DNA of 32,000 bases from Promethearchaeia archaeon (GTDB lineage Archaea > Asgardarchaeota > Lokiarchaeia > Sigyniarchaeales > SOKP01): the NCBI GenBank assembly GCA_046497275.1, contig JAWOFX010000044.1, forward strand, positions 1 through 32,000. Reading direction: 5' to 3'. How positions within the stretch are numbered: position 1 is the first letter of the stretch; each line of letters opens with the position of its first letter. Positions 1-8,924 of the stretch are shown one piece after another. The position numbers and the translations under genes are program-made. The notes below the pieces were generated by a model. That model searched no databases. It saw nothing but the letters and a program-made list of their open reading frames with translations, and was not told the DNA's origin.

Positions 1-457
1 TAATCGGGGCAATCCGAAAACTGACATCTTCTAAAAGTTCAACCAAAATCCCTCCGATTCCAAACATTAATGCTGGTCCAAATTGGGGGTCAGTTGTCAT
101 ACCAATAATTAATTCCGCAATAGGTTCTTTAGCCATTCCTTGAACTGAAATTTGTTTTTCTGTTTTTGAAGGGATATTCATAAGCTCATCATAAGCTTTC
201 TCAACTTCTTCTTTATTGTTAAGGTTTAGCTTTACGGCTCCAGTATCGGATTTATGGACGATGTCTTCTGCCATTAATTTCATTACGACTGGGTATACAA
301 TATTTTCAGCGGCTTGTATTGTCTCATCCTTTTCTTTGGTCAATTTCTGTTCGGGAATCGGAATGCCGATTCCTTTCAATAACTCCTTAGATTCAAATTC
401 AGTAAGGACATTTTGCCCTGCTTCAGCTTTCCGTTTTAATATATCTGAAACACTCAT
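1..457 (-). CDS. acdB: ADP-forming acetate/acyl-CoA ligase beta subunit (ATP-grasp), 5' part; runs off the window start
   Basis: Not in the ORF track. Manual translation from ATG at 457 gives MSVSDILKRKAEAGQNVLTEFESKELLKGIGIPIP...YPVVMKLMAEDIVHKSDTGAVKLNL...ELIIGMTTDPQFGPALMFGIGGILVELLEDVSFRIAPI. The HKSD.G.V and DPQFGP..MFG.GGI.VE..DV motifs are typical of AcdB. Frame is open to position 1. Confidence 0.9.
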   Translation of the reverse strand, partial: MSVSDILKRKAEAGQNVLTEFESKELLKGIGIPIPEQKLTKEKDETIQAAENIVYPVVMKLMAEDIVHKSDTGAVKLNLNNKEEVEKAYDELMNIPSKTEKQISVQGMAKEPIAELIIGMTTDPQFGPALMFGIGGILVELLEDVSFRIAPI

Positions 458-773
458 AATTATATTCTTCCTTAGTATTTTAGAATGATAATATTTTATC
501 TGATTATTTAATAGAATTATGATTAAAATTTAAAATTATTTAAATATCAATATCTTGGGTTAATGATATAGATTTTAAATTAATTGAAAATAAATTAAAA
601 CATTTAGTAGGAAAAGATATAATACTTTAAATTTTATTTTTAATGCTTTTAAGGTATTTTTTTTGTATTTTTCAGAATTTTTACGAGTTATTAGCCAAAG
701 TTTTTTTTGAAGAATTTCTTCACAAAATTTAATAAATATTTATTCAAAATCACAAAATAGAACTGGAATAAAA

Positions 774-1787
774 ATGAGTATAGATATTTCTGAAGGAATT
801 GAAGAGGGAAAAGTTACTTTAAGAGTGTTAACAACTAATACAGCTAGTATAACCGTATTAACCGAAGAGAAATTCGGAGGAAAAGTGATACAACCTGAAG
901 CAGCAGCTAATAGAGTCGTTGGAGAACATGGATTATCAATGAGTATTGAAATTCAAGATGGAGAAGAGAAACATTTATTTTTATTAGACACAGGAGGGTT
1001 AACTCAAGCGATCATCGATAATAGCAAACAATTAGGAGTAGATTTAAACGAAGTTGAGAAATTAATATTAAGCCATGGACACTTTGATCACTGGGGTGCA
1101 CTGCCTGCTGTCATACCTTTACTTAAAGAAGGTACTGAGCTCATTCTGAATCCCTTAGTATTTGAGCAAAATTATGTTGCTTTACCAAAATCTGGAGAAG
1201 AAATACCCGCTGAAGAATTAGGTCCTAATCTAAGAAAATTGGATAAAGAAGGAAAGCTTCTCATAAATAAGAAATTACCTCAGCTAAATAAAACTATGAT
1301 AATGAATCTTGCTGAGGAGAATAATATCAAAATAATTGAAACAACTGAACCTATGAAATTATACGATGGTATATGCACCAGCGGAGAGATAGAACTCTTT
1401 GATGAGGATGAAATTACAAAAGGATTTTATTTTCAAAAAGGTAGGAAAGAATTTGAGAAACATAATTTTAGAGATGAAACTGCGATTTATTTCAATATAA
1501 AAGGTAAAGGGCTAGCAGTTTTAACAGGTTGTGGTCATTGTGGAATAATGAATACAATACAACATGGACAAAACCTCACCGGTATTGATCAAGTATATGC
1601 TGTTATCGGAGGATTTCATGAAGAGTGGAATCCAGTTGATAAATTAAAGAGGAAGGTTCAATATTTTGAAGAGTTGAATCCTGAAATAATCTGTGGTATG
1701 CATTGTACGGGTTTCGGATTTAATAAACTAATGTCAGATCACCCAGCACATACTCTTGGTGTTGTAGGTACAGAATTTCATTTATAA
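774..1787 (+). CDS. Metallo-beta-lactamase-fold hydrolase (COG1237 / MJ0448-like)
   Basis: GEHGLS, LLDTG, SHGHFDHWG (HxHxDH), TGCGHCGI, GGFH and HCTG motifs. Confidence 0.88.
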   Translation: MSIDISEGIEEGKVTLRVLTTNTASITVLTEEKFGGKVIQPEAAANRVVGEHGLSMSIEIQDGEEKHLFLLDTGGLTQAIIDNSKQLGVDLNEVEKLILSHGHFDHWGALPAVIPLLKEGTELILNPLVFEQNYVALPKSGEEIPAEELGPNLRKLDKEGKLLINKKLPQLNKTMIMNLAEENNIKIIETTEPMKLYDGICTSGEIELFDEDEITKGFYFQKGRKEFEKHNFRDETAIYFNIKGKGLAVLTGCGHCGIMNTIQHGQNLTGIDQVYAVIGGFHEEWNPVDKLKRKVQYFEELNPEIICGMHCTGFGFNKLMSDHPAHTLGVVGTEFHL

Positions 1788-1893
1788 TTTTCAAAAATTT
1801 TTTTATTTTTTTATATAAAGCATATCAAAATATAAAGTATCATAAAGAAGTAAAGAAAAAGATTTCGATTAAAAAAAACAAAAATAGATTTAA

Positions 1894-4746
1894 TTAACTG
1901 GTAAACACAGTCATATCTCGTTTGATCCTAATTCTCCATTTTCGTAACTCATCTACAAGAAAGACACTGAATCCTGCAATAATTATAGCTATCCAATAGA
2001 ACGGATGAAACAGAGGAACTACATTAAAAGCAATTCCTAAGGGGGTATATAATATTAATAATTGTAATCCTAATGAAAGACCAGTTGCCCAGAATAGATG
2101 CTTATTTGGAAATAGCCAAAATGGCTTTTTATTTGACGTACACGAATACACGAACAATAATTCACAGAGGACTAAATTTGTAAAAACTATTGTTTGTGCT
2201 ATCGCGATTTGATATTCTTGTGCTGTATATGCGACCCCGAAGAAGGTGCCTCCAGAAACTAAAGCAGGATCTATCCCTCCGGTAGTCCATGCAGGAATTA
2301 AAACTGCCCAAAGTAAAATATAAAGCGTGATATCTGTAATTGATGTATATACACCCAATAAAAGGACAGGTCCTTTTATCTCTGATATTAGAGAAAACCC
2401 CTCTCGTGGTTTATCCTTCATTACATCTGGATCTGTTGGAGTGAACCCCAAAACCATTGCTGGAATTCCATCTGTGGCAATATTTAACCATAATATTTGA
2501 ATAGGTGTTATTGGAAGTGCGAGAAACGTAAGTACGAAGAATTTCATTACGATATAGGCCGTCAAAATTAAAAAGATCTCATCGAAATTTGTACTTAGCA
2601 TATATCGAAAGAAGCCTTTAGTAGTCTCGAAAATTCCACGTCCTTCCTCTATAGCAGCAACGATTGTGGAATAATCGTCATCCAATAAGATCATATCTGA
2701 TGCTTCTTGAGTTACTTCAGTCCCTTTTATACCCATTGAAACCCCAACATTTGCTCCTTTCACTGCAGGAGCATCATTTACTCCATCACCAGTCATAGAA
2801 ACGACATTTCCTTCTTGTTTTAATGCTTTAAGAATCCTTAATTTGTGTTCTGAGGTTACTCGTGCGAAAATATCGATATCTTTAATTTTTCTAAGTAATT
2901 CATCATTAGTCATTTCTTCTAATTCCGCCCCAGTTATTGCTTCATCATCTTTATCCGTTAAACCAATTTCCTTTGCAATAGCAATTGCAGTAATTTTATG
3001 ATCTCCTGTTATCATTATAGTCCTAATACCCGCGTTTCTGGCCACTTGTATGGAATTCTTTACTTCATCTCGAGCGGGATCGATAATTCCTGCCAAACCG
3101 AGATAAATAAAATCTTTTTCAATATCATCCTCACTATACCCTTCTTCTAATGGTTTATATCCAAGCCCTAAGACGCGCAAGGCATTTTCAGCGAATTCAT
3201 TATTCTTTGAAAGATATTTGTCCTTTATTTCTTCAATATTTTTTATATCTCCATCATATAATCCTTTGCCCGCTTTATTTATAAGAATGTCGGGTGCCCC
3301 TTTAATTAAAGAATATAATTGTCCATTCATTCGTACAACTACTGACATCATTTTTCTGTCAGAATTAAATGGAATCTCGTCTATCTTTTCTGTTTTCGTG
3401 TCTATATTCATTTTTTTAGCAAGAACCTTTAAAGATATTTCAGTTGGATCGCCTATAACATCGGTTTTATTAGTTCCATCTTTTCGGGGAGTGACTGTAG
3501 AATTATTACAATACATACACACTTCCAAATATCTCTTTAAATATTCATTGTCTTCGATTTTGACGCCCTCTCCAGAGTTTTTTACTATCTTCCCTTCAAT
3601 ATTATAACCAATACCTTCTACATCATATTCTTTTCCTCCGACAAAAACTTTTCGAACAGTCATCTCATTTTTTGTTAAGGTTCCTGTTTTATCAGAACAG
3701 ATAATATTAACTCTGCCCAATGTTTCTACGGCAGTAAGTGTTTTAACTAATGCATTACGCTCCGCCATTTTTCGCATTCCAATACTCATCACAACGGTTA
3801 TAACAACCACTAAACCCTCGGGAACCGCTGAGACGGCCAGACTAATTGCAACCTTAAATGCATCAATCATTTTCTCAATTTGATTCCCACCCCCAGTTGG
3901 AAAGGCAAAAACTAATATGGCTTCTGTAATAAAGACGATAGCACATATAATTATGATAATTATTCCTAATTTTCTTCCGAAAATATCTACTTCTTTTTGG
4001 AAAGGACTTTTTTCGTGTTCTTCCTCTTGTATTTTTTCGGCAATTTTCCCCACTTCTGTTTTCATACCCGTTCTTACAACGATAGCTTTGCCGTTTCCTC
4101 GAGTTATAATTGTATTACTGAAGACCATATTTTTCCTATCTGCCAATATTGTTTTTTCCTCATAAATGTTGAGATCTTTTTCAACTGGTTGAGATTCTCC
4201 TGTAAGAATTGCTTCGTCTGAATATAATGAATACGCTTTTACGAGTCGTGCATCCGCTGGTATTTTATCCCCCTCATCTATTTGGATTAAATCACCTGGA
4301 ACAACTTCTTTTATATCTATTTTTTTAATTTTCCCCTCTCTAATTACTTTTGCATAGTGAGGCGCCATCTTTTTTAAACTTTCTAATGCTTTTTCTGCTT
4401 TATATTCTTGGTAAAATCCTAAGATTGCGTTTACGATAAGAATTACAAAAATGACAATTGCATCCAAGAATTCTGAAGCTTCATTCCCTCGAGATAATTC
4501 AAAAAAACCGATTATAAGGGAAACAGCAATAGCAAAAAATAATAAATATACGAGAAAATCTCTAAATTGGCTAAAAAAGATTTCCCATGCTGTCACCTTT
4601 TTTGTTTCCTTTATTTCATTATATCCATATTTTTCTATTCTTTCTTGCACTTCTTCTTTACTAAGACCATCTTCTATGGATGTTTCTAATTCATCCGCTA
4701 CCTTTTCAACTTCTAAAGCATGAGCGCTTAATTCTTTAATTTCCAT
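1894..4746 (-). CDS. P-type ATPase, P2A (SERCA-like Ca2+-transporting), copy 1
   Basis: TGES, PEGL, DKTGTLT (phosphorylation site), KGAP, TGDGVND, M5 STNFDE, M6 WLNIATDG, M8 LCE; about 10 hydrophobic segments. Confidence 0.93.
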   Translation of the reverse strand: MEIKELSAHALEVEKVADELETSIEDGLSKEEVQERIEKYGYNEIKETKKVTAWEIFFSQFRDFLVYLLFFAIAVSLIIGFFELSRGNEASEFLDAIVIFVILIVNAILGFYQEYKAEKALESLKKMAPHYAKVIREGKIKKIDIKEVVPGDLIQIDEGDKIPADARLVKAYSLYSDEAILTGESQPVEKDLNIYEEKTILADRKNMVFSNTIITRGNGKAIVVRTGMKTEVGKIAEKIQEEEHEKSPFQKEVDIFGRKLGIIIIIICAIVFITEAILVFAFPTGGGNQIEKMIDAFKVAISLAVSAVPEGLVVVITVVMSIGMRKMAERNALVKTLTAVETLGRVNIICSDKTGTLTKNEMTVRKVFVGGKEYDVEGIGYNIEGKIVKNSGEGVKIEDNEYLKRYLEVCMYCNNSTVTPRKDGTNKTDVIGDPTEISLKVLAKKMNIDTKTEKIDEIPFNSDRKMMSVVVRMNGQLYSLIKGAPDILINKAGKGLYDGDIKNIEEIKDKYLSKNNEFAENALRVLGLGYKPLEEGYSEDDIEKDFIYLGLAGIIDPARDEVKNSIQVARNAGIRTIMITGDHKITAIAIAKEIGLTDKDDEAITGAELEEMTNDELLRKIKDIDIFARVTSEHKLRILKALKQEGNVVSMTGDGVNDAPAVKGANVGVSMGIKGTEVTQEASDMILLDDDYSTIVAAIEEGRGIFETTKGFFRYMLSTNFDEIFLILTAYIVMKFFVLTFLALPITPIQILWLNIATDGIPAMVLGFTPTDPDVMKDKPREGFSLISEIKGPVLLLGVYTSITDITLYILLWAVLIPAWTTGGIDPALVSGGTFFGVAYTAQEYQIAIAQTIVFTNLVLCELLFVYSCTSNKKPFWLFPNKHLFWATGLSLGLQLLILYTPLGIAFNVVPLFHPFYWIAIIIAGFSVFLVDELRKWRIRIKRDMTVFTS

Positions 4747-4994
4747 TTTTTTTTATGAATTTGATTTATAACTACGTATTTAAAATAAAAATTATATAGT
4801 TTTAATATTAGAATTGGTACTTATATTTTAGATTTACCTTTGAATTTATATTAAATTTTTAGTTTTAAATTATTAAAGATTAAAATGTGTTTATAAATTC
4901 AAATACCCCTTACTTTAAATAACTTAGAAGTAAGTTTGAAAAAAATTTATCTTGTAAATCAAAATTCACATTGAACATATAATCTTATTTTTCG

Positions 4995-5083
4995 ATACCA
5001 TCGGTGAGAAAACCAAAACTTTCGCTACATTAGTCCTAATTAAACAACTTTTCTCACTCTGACTCTCCACGATACCGATGTAT
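4995..5083 (-). ncRNA. Candidate structured RNA / cis-regulatory element between the two ATPase genes
   Basis: Nested inverted repeats: CATCGGT 4999-5005 with ACCGATG 5074-5080, and GTGAGAAAA 5004-5012 with TTTTCTCAC 5049-5057. Inner hairpins ATTAG-TC-CTAAT (5029-5040) and minus-strand AGC-GAAA-GUU (GNRA loop). Family not identified. Confidence 0.4.
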
Positions 5084-5100
5084 GTCTGAAACTCCCATTC

Positions 5101-5114
5101 ATAAGAGCTCTTAT
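5101..5114. promoter_or_regulatory. Perfect 14-bp palindrome ATAAGAGCTCTTAT (possible operator or hairpin)
   Basis: Exact self-reverse-complement in an intergenic region; function inferred only. Confidence 0.3.
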
Positions 5115-5189
5115 AAAAAGCCATAAGATTGATTTAATATTAAAAAAGTTATAAAAATAAAAAAATAAAAAAAAATAAACACAAAACCC

Positions 5190-8039
5190 TTAACTTGTAA
5201 ATGTAGTCATCTTTCGCTTTATCCTGATCCTCCATTTTCGAATCTCATCTATAAGAAACACACTAAAAGCCCCTAAGAGAAGAACAATCCAATATTCTAA
5301 GCGATAAAGGGGTACTACTTTAAAAGCTATTCCTAAGGGTGTATAGAGGATTAATAACTGTAGTCCTAAGGAGAGTCCAGTTGCCCAGAAAAGATGTTTA
5401 TTCGGAAATAACCAAAAGGGCTTGATATTTGAAGTACATGCGAATACAAACAATAATTCACATACTACTAAGTTTGTAAATACTATTGTCTGTGCTAATG
5501 AGATCGCATATTCTCTTGCTGCCGTACCTGCAATCAAATAATTCATAGTTAAATTTGGATCAATTCCCGCTTGAGCCCATGCTGGAATTAAAACTGACCA
5601 TAACAAAAGATAAAGTGTTATATCGGTGATTGATGTATATATTCCAAGTAAAAGAACTGGGCCCTTAATTTCTGTTATTAATGAAAAACCTTTTCGGGGC
5701 TCTTCTTTCATAACATCAGGGTCTGTAGGAGTCAAACCGAGCACCATTGCGGGAATACCGTCCGTTGCAATATTCAACCATAATATTTGAACTGGTACGA
5801 CGGGTAAAGCGATGAAGGTAAATGCGAAGAACTTCATTACGATATATGCCGTAAGAATTAAAAATATTTCATCGAAATTCGTACTTAACATATATCTGAA
5901 GAATCCTTTTGTCGTTTCAAATATTCCTCTTCCTTCTTCTATTGCATCTACTATTGTAGAATAATCATCATCAAGTAAAATCATATCAGACGCCTCTCGG
6001 GTCACTTCCGTTCCTTTTATTCCCATTGCTACACCAACATTTGCTCCCTTTACTGCTGGGGCATCGTTTACTCCATCACCCGTCATTGAGACTACTTTTC
6101 CTTCACCTTTTAATGCCTTAAGTATCCTTAATTTATGTTCAGAAGTCACACGAGCAAAAACATCTATATTTTCAATCCTTCGGAGTAGTTCATCATTAGA
6201 CATTTCTTCTAATTCAGCACCAGTTATCGCTTCTTCATTATCTGTTAATCCAATCTCCTTTGCAATAGCTATAGCTGTAATTTTGTGATCTCCTGTAATC
6301 ATAATAGTTCGAATACCAGCCATTCGTGCTTCTTTGATGGATTGTTTTACCTCATCTCTCGCGGGGTCAATTATTCCTGCCAATCCGAGATATATAAAAT
6401 CTTGTTCAACCTCTTCTTTGGAATATCCCTCTTCTAAAGGTTTATATGCTATTCCCAGTACTCGTAGAGCATCTTTGGCAAATTCTTCGTTTTTAGAAAG
6501 ATATTTATCTTTAATCTTCTCTATTTGTTTAATTTCTCCGTTATAAAGCCCTTTTCCTGCTTTTTCTATAAGAACATCCGGTGCTCCTTTGATTAAGGAA
6601 AATAATTCTCCATTCATTCTAACTACAACAGACATCATCTTTCTATCGGAATTAAAAGGGATTTCATCAACTTTTTCTACTTCAGAATCGATATCCATCT
6701 TTTTTGCTAGGACTTTCAAGGATATTTCTGTAGGATCTCCAATAACATCGGTCTTTTTGGAATTTTCGTTTTTAGGATTGACTGTAGAGTTATTACAATA
6801 CAAGCATACTTCCAAATATCTTTTTAAATAATCATTTTCATCAATTAAGACTGGTTTTTCGGAATTATCCACAATTTTCCCTTCCAGAGAATATCCAACG
6901 CCTTCTACATCATATACCTTCCCTCCGAGAAATACCTTTTTAACTGTCATTTCATTTTTCGTCAATGTTCCCGTTTTATCCGAACATATGATGTTAACTC
7001 TTCCTAACGTTTCAACAGCGGTTAAAGTTTTCACTAAAGCATTCCTCTCCGCCATTCTTCGCATCCCTATACTCATGACTACCGTAATTACAACTACAAG
7101 ACCTTCTGGTACTGCCGATACCGCAAGACTAATTGCTATTTTAAAAGCTTCAATTATTGCATCAATTTCTTCTTGATTGAATTGAAGTCCCTCGTCTATT
7201 GTAATTAATATAAATTCTATAGCAAAAACGGCAAAACAAATAATTAGGATAATTATTCCTAACAATTTCCCAAAACTATCAACTTCCTTTTGAAAGGGAC
7301 TTTTTTCATATTCTTCTTCTTGTATTTTTTCAGCTATTTTTCCTACTTCAGTTTTCATCCCAGTTCTTACTACAATCGCAAGACCATTACCTCGTGTGAT
7401 AACTGTGTTACTGTAGACCATATTTTTTCTATCTGCCAACATTGTTTTTTCGTCATATAATTTAAGATCTTTTTCAACTGGTTGGGATTCTCCTGTAAGA
7501 ATTGCTTCATCAGCGTACAAGGAATAAGCTTTTATGAGTCTTCCATCTGCGGCAATTTTATCACCTTCATCTAATTTAAGTATGTCCCCTGGGACGACTT
7601 CTTTTACTTCAATTTTTTTAACTTTTCCATTTCTAATAACTTTTGCATAATGAGGTGCCATTTCTTTTAGGCTTTCTAATGCTCTTTCTGCCTTATATTC
7701 TTGATAAAATCCTAATATAGCGTTTACGATAAGGATTACAAATATAACAATGGCATCCACAAATTCTGAAGGCTCTTCACCGGAGTAAATGGAATAAACC
7801 CCAATAATAATTGATATAACAATCGCAAAAAATAACAAATAGACCAAGAAATCTTTAAATTGACTAAGAAAAATCTGCCAAGCTGAAATTCCTTTAGTTT
7901 TCTCAATTTCATTTGTACCGTATTTTTCAATTCGTTTTTTAGCTTCCTCTTCACTAAGACCATTCTTTGTCGATGTATCTAATTCATCCGCTACTTTTTC
8001 AACTTTTAATGAATGTACGTTTAATTCTTCATTTTTCAT
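5190..8039 (-). CDS. P-type ATPase, P2A (SERCA-like Ca2+-transporting), copy 2 (tandem paralog)
   Basis: Same motif set as copy 1; colinear with it over the whole length (949 vs 950 aa). Confidence 0.93.
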   Translation of the reverse strand: MKNEELNVHSLKVEKVADELDTSTKNGLSEEEAKKRIEKYGTNEIEKTKGISAWQIFLSQFKDFLVYLLFFAIVISIIIGVYSIYSGEEPSEFVDAIVIFVILIVNAILGFYQEYKAERALESLKEMAPHYAKVIRNGKVKKIEVKEVVPGDILKLDEGDKIAADGRLIKAYSLYADEAILTGESQPVEKDLKLYDEKTMLADRKNMVYSNTVITRGNGLAIVVRTGMKTEVGKIAEKIQEEEYEKSPFQKEVDSFGKLLGIIILIICFAVFAIEFILITIDEGLQFNQEEIDAIIEAFKIAISLAVSAVPEGLVVVITVVMSIGMRRMAERNALVKTLTAVETLGRVNIICSDKTGTLTKNEMTVKKVFLGGKVYDVEGVGYSLEGKIVDNSEKPVLIDENDYLKRYLEVCLYCNNSTVNPKNENSKKTDVIGDPTEISLKVLAKKMDIDSEVEKVDEIPFNSDRKMMSVVVRMNGELFSLIKGAPDVLIEKAGKGLYNGEIKQIEKIKDKYLSKNEEFAKDALRVLGIAYKPLEEGYSKEEVEQDFIYLGLAGIIDPARDEVKQSIKEARMAGIRTIMITGDHKITAIAIAKEIGLTDNEEAITGAELEEMSNDELLRRIENIDVFARVTSEHKLRILKALKGEGKVVSMTGDGVNDAPAVKGANVGVAMGIKGTEVTREASDMILLDDDYSTIVDAIEEGRGIFETTKGFFRYMLSTNFDEIFLILTAYIVMKFFAFTFIALPVVPVQILWLNIATDGIPAMVLGLTPTDPDVMKEEPRKGFSLITEIKGPVLLLGIYTSITDITLYLLLWSVLIPAWAQAGIDPNLTMNYLIAGTAAREYAISLAQTIVFTNLVVCELLFVFACTSNIKPFWLFPNKHLFWATGLSLGLQLLILYTPLGIAFKVVPLYRLEYWIVLLLGAFSVFLIDEIRKWRIRIKRKMTTFTS

Positions 8040-8317
8040 TTTTAGATCAAATTTTATGTAACATTTTTGTATTAGATATTAAAAATATATAAGTTAATAC
8101 TTTAAATTTAATAAATCGATCTAATTCAAAATCTTCGTTTTTATGCTATTTATGAAGAAAGAGTTTATTCAATAGATGTGAATTAATTGTTGATTTTGAA
8201 AATGCTTAACTCATTTTAGTTTAAGAATAGAACTTATTGAGTCATCCCAAAAAATTTTATGTTAAAAGTCTTATTTAATATATAGAATAAAATAGAAACG
8301 ACAATATAAACTCAAAA

Positions 8318-8325
8318 AAGGTGGT
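8318..8325 (+). promoter_or_regulatory. Shine-Dalgarno-like AAGGTGGT upstream of TTG 8328
   Basis: GGTG core 4 nt before an in-frame TTG; the nearest upstream in-frame stop is TAA 8307-8309. Confidence 0.55.
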
Positions 8326-8327
8326 TT

Positions 8328-8708
8328 TTGTTTAGGGTTAAGATTACAAAAACAGCATTAAAATTCATTTATCGAGAACAAGAAAAAAAATATCCGGATA
8401 ACAGCAATCGAAAACCGACAATTGCAGTATTTTATCATCAAAATTCAACGTGAACCACATTTTTCTGTGGTAATATCGTCGAAGTGGTAGATAAAAATAA
8501 AATTCTGAACGATTCGCATCTTTTTATTCTCTGGGATGATGTGGAGGGAAATCCACCTATCGATATATTTATTGAAGATCAAGTAATGGATGAGATTGAA
8601 CAAAAACCGGAATTACTAATTGATGCAGTTATAGGAGAAATAAAAGATAAAGAATATGGGATGCTGTTTATTAAAAAAGATTCAAATATATATATGGATA
8701 AAAAATGA
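8328..8708 (+). CDS. HesB-like (Fe-S biosynthesis-fold) putative selenoprotein 1, 126 aa, Sec at codon 42 (TGA 8451-8453)
   Basis: Translation through the TGA: MFRVKITKTALKFIYREQEKKYPDNSNRKPTIAVFYHQNST-U-TTFFCGNIVEVVDKNK...IDIFIEDQ...ELLIDAV...MDKK*. HesB-like N-terminus (xKIT..A..fI). Homology to the neighbouring paralog on both sides of the TGA. SECIS-like hairpin follows. Confidence 0.8.
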
Positions 8709-8740
8709 TCTGATCTTATAAAACCTCGAAGATTGGGGAT
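8705..8740 (+). ncRNA. Eukaryote-type SECIS element 1 (overlaps terminal stop codon)
   Basis: A-UGA-U (8705-8709), stem CUGAUCUU (8710-8717) with AAGAUUGG (8729-8736), 11-nt loop AUAAAACCUCG, then G-GA-U (8737-8740). Gives the U.U, G.A, A.G tandem core. Confidence 0.8.
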
Positions 8741-8741
8741 T

Positions 8742-8757
8742 GACGGTGCGTCCGTTT
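8742..8757 (+). terminator. Small hairpin GACGG-UGCGU-CCGUU directly after SECIS 1
   Basis: 5-bp stem (one G.U); positional equivalent of the hairpin after SECIS 2. Terminator role is a guess. Confidence 0.35.
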
Positions 8758-8910
8758 ATAGATTCCATATTAATTATGTGCTATAAATTAAAAGACAAAT
8801 ATAGAATAGAATTAAAGTAACTTCTTCTATTAAAATTTTAAAATATAATCTGAATTTTTTATTCAGTTAATTATTTAGATTATACTAAGAATATAATTAA
8901 GAAAAATAAT

Positions 8911-8916
8911 AAGGTG
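8911..8916 (+). promoter_or_regulatory. Shine-Dalgarno-like AAGGTG upstream of probable ATT start at 8925
   Basis: 8-nt spacer to ATT. A similar AAGGTG with a 9-nt spacer precedes the likely livG ATG at 31453. Confidence 0.5.
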
Positions 8917-8924
8917 TTCTTAGT

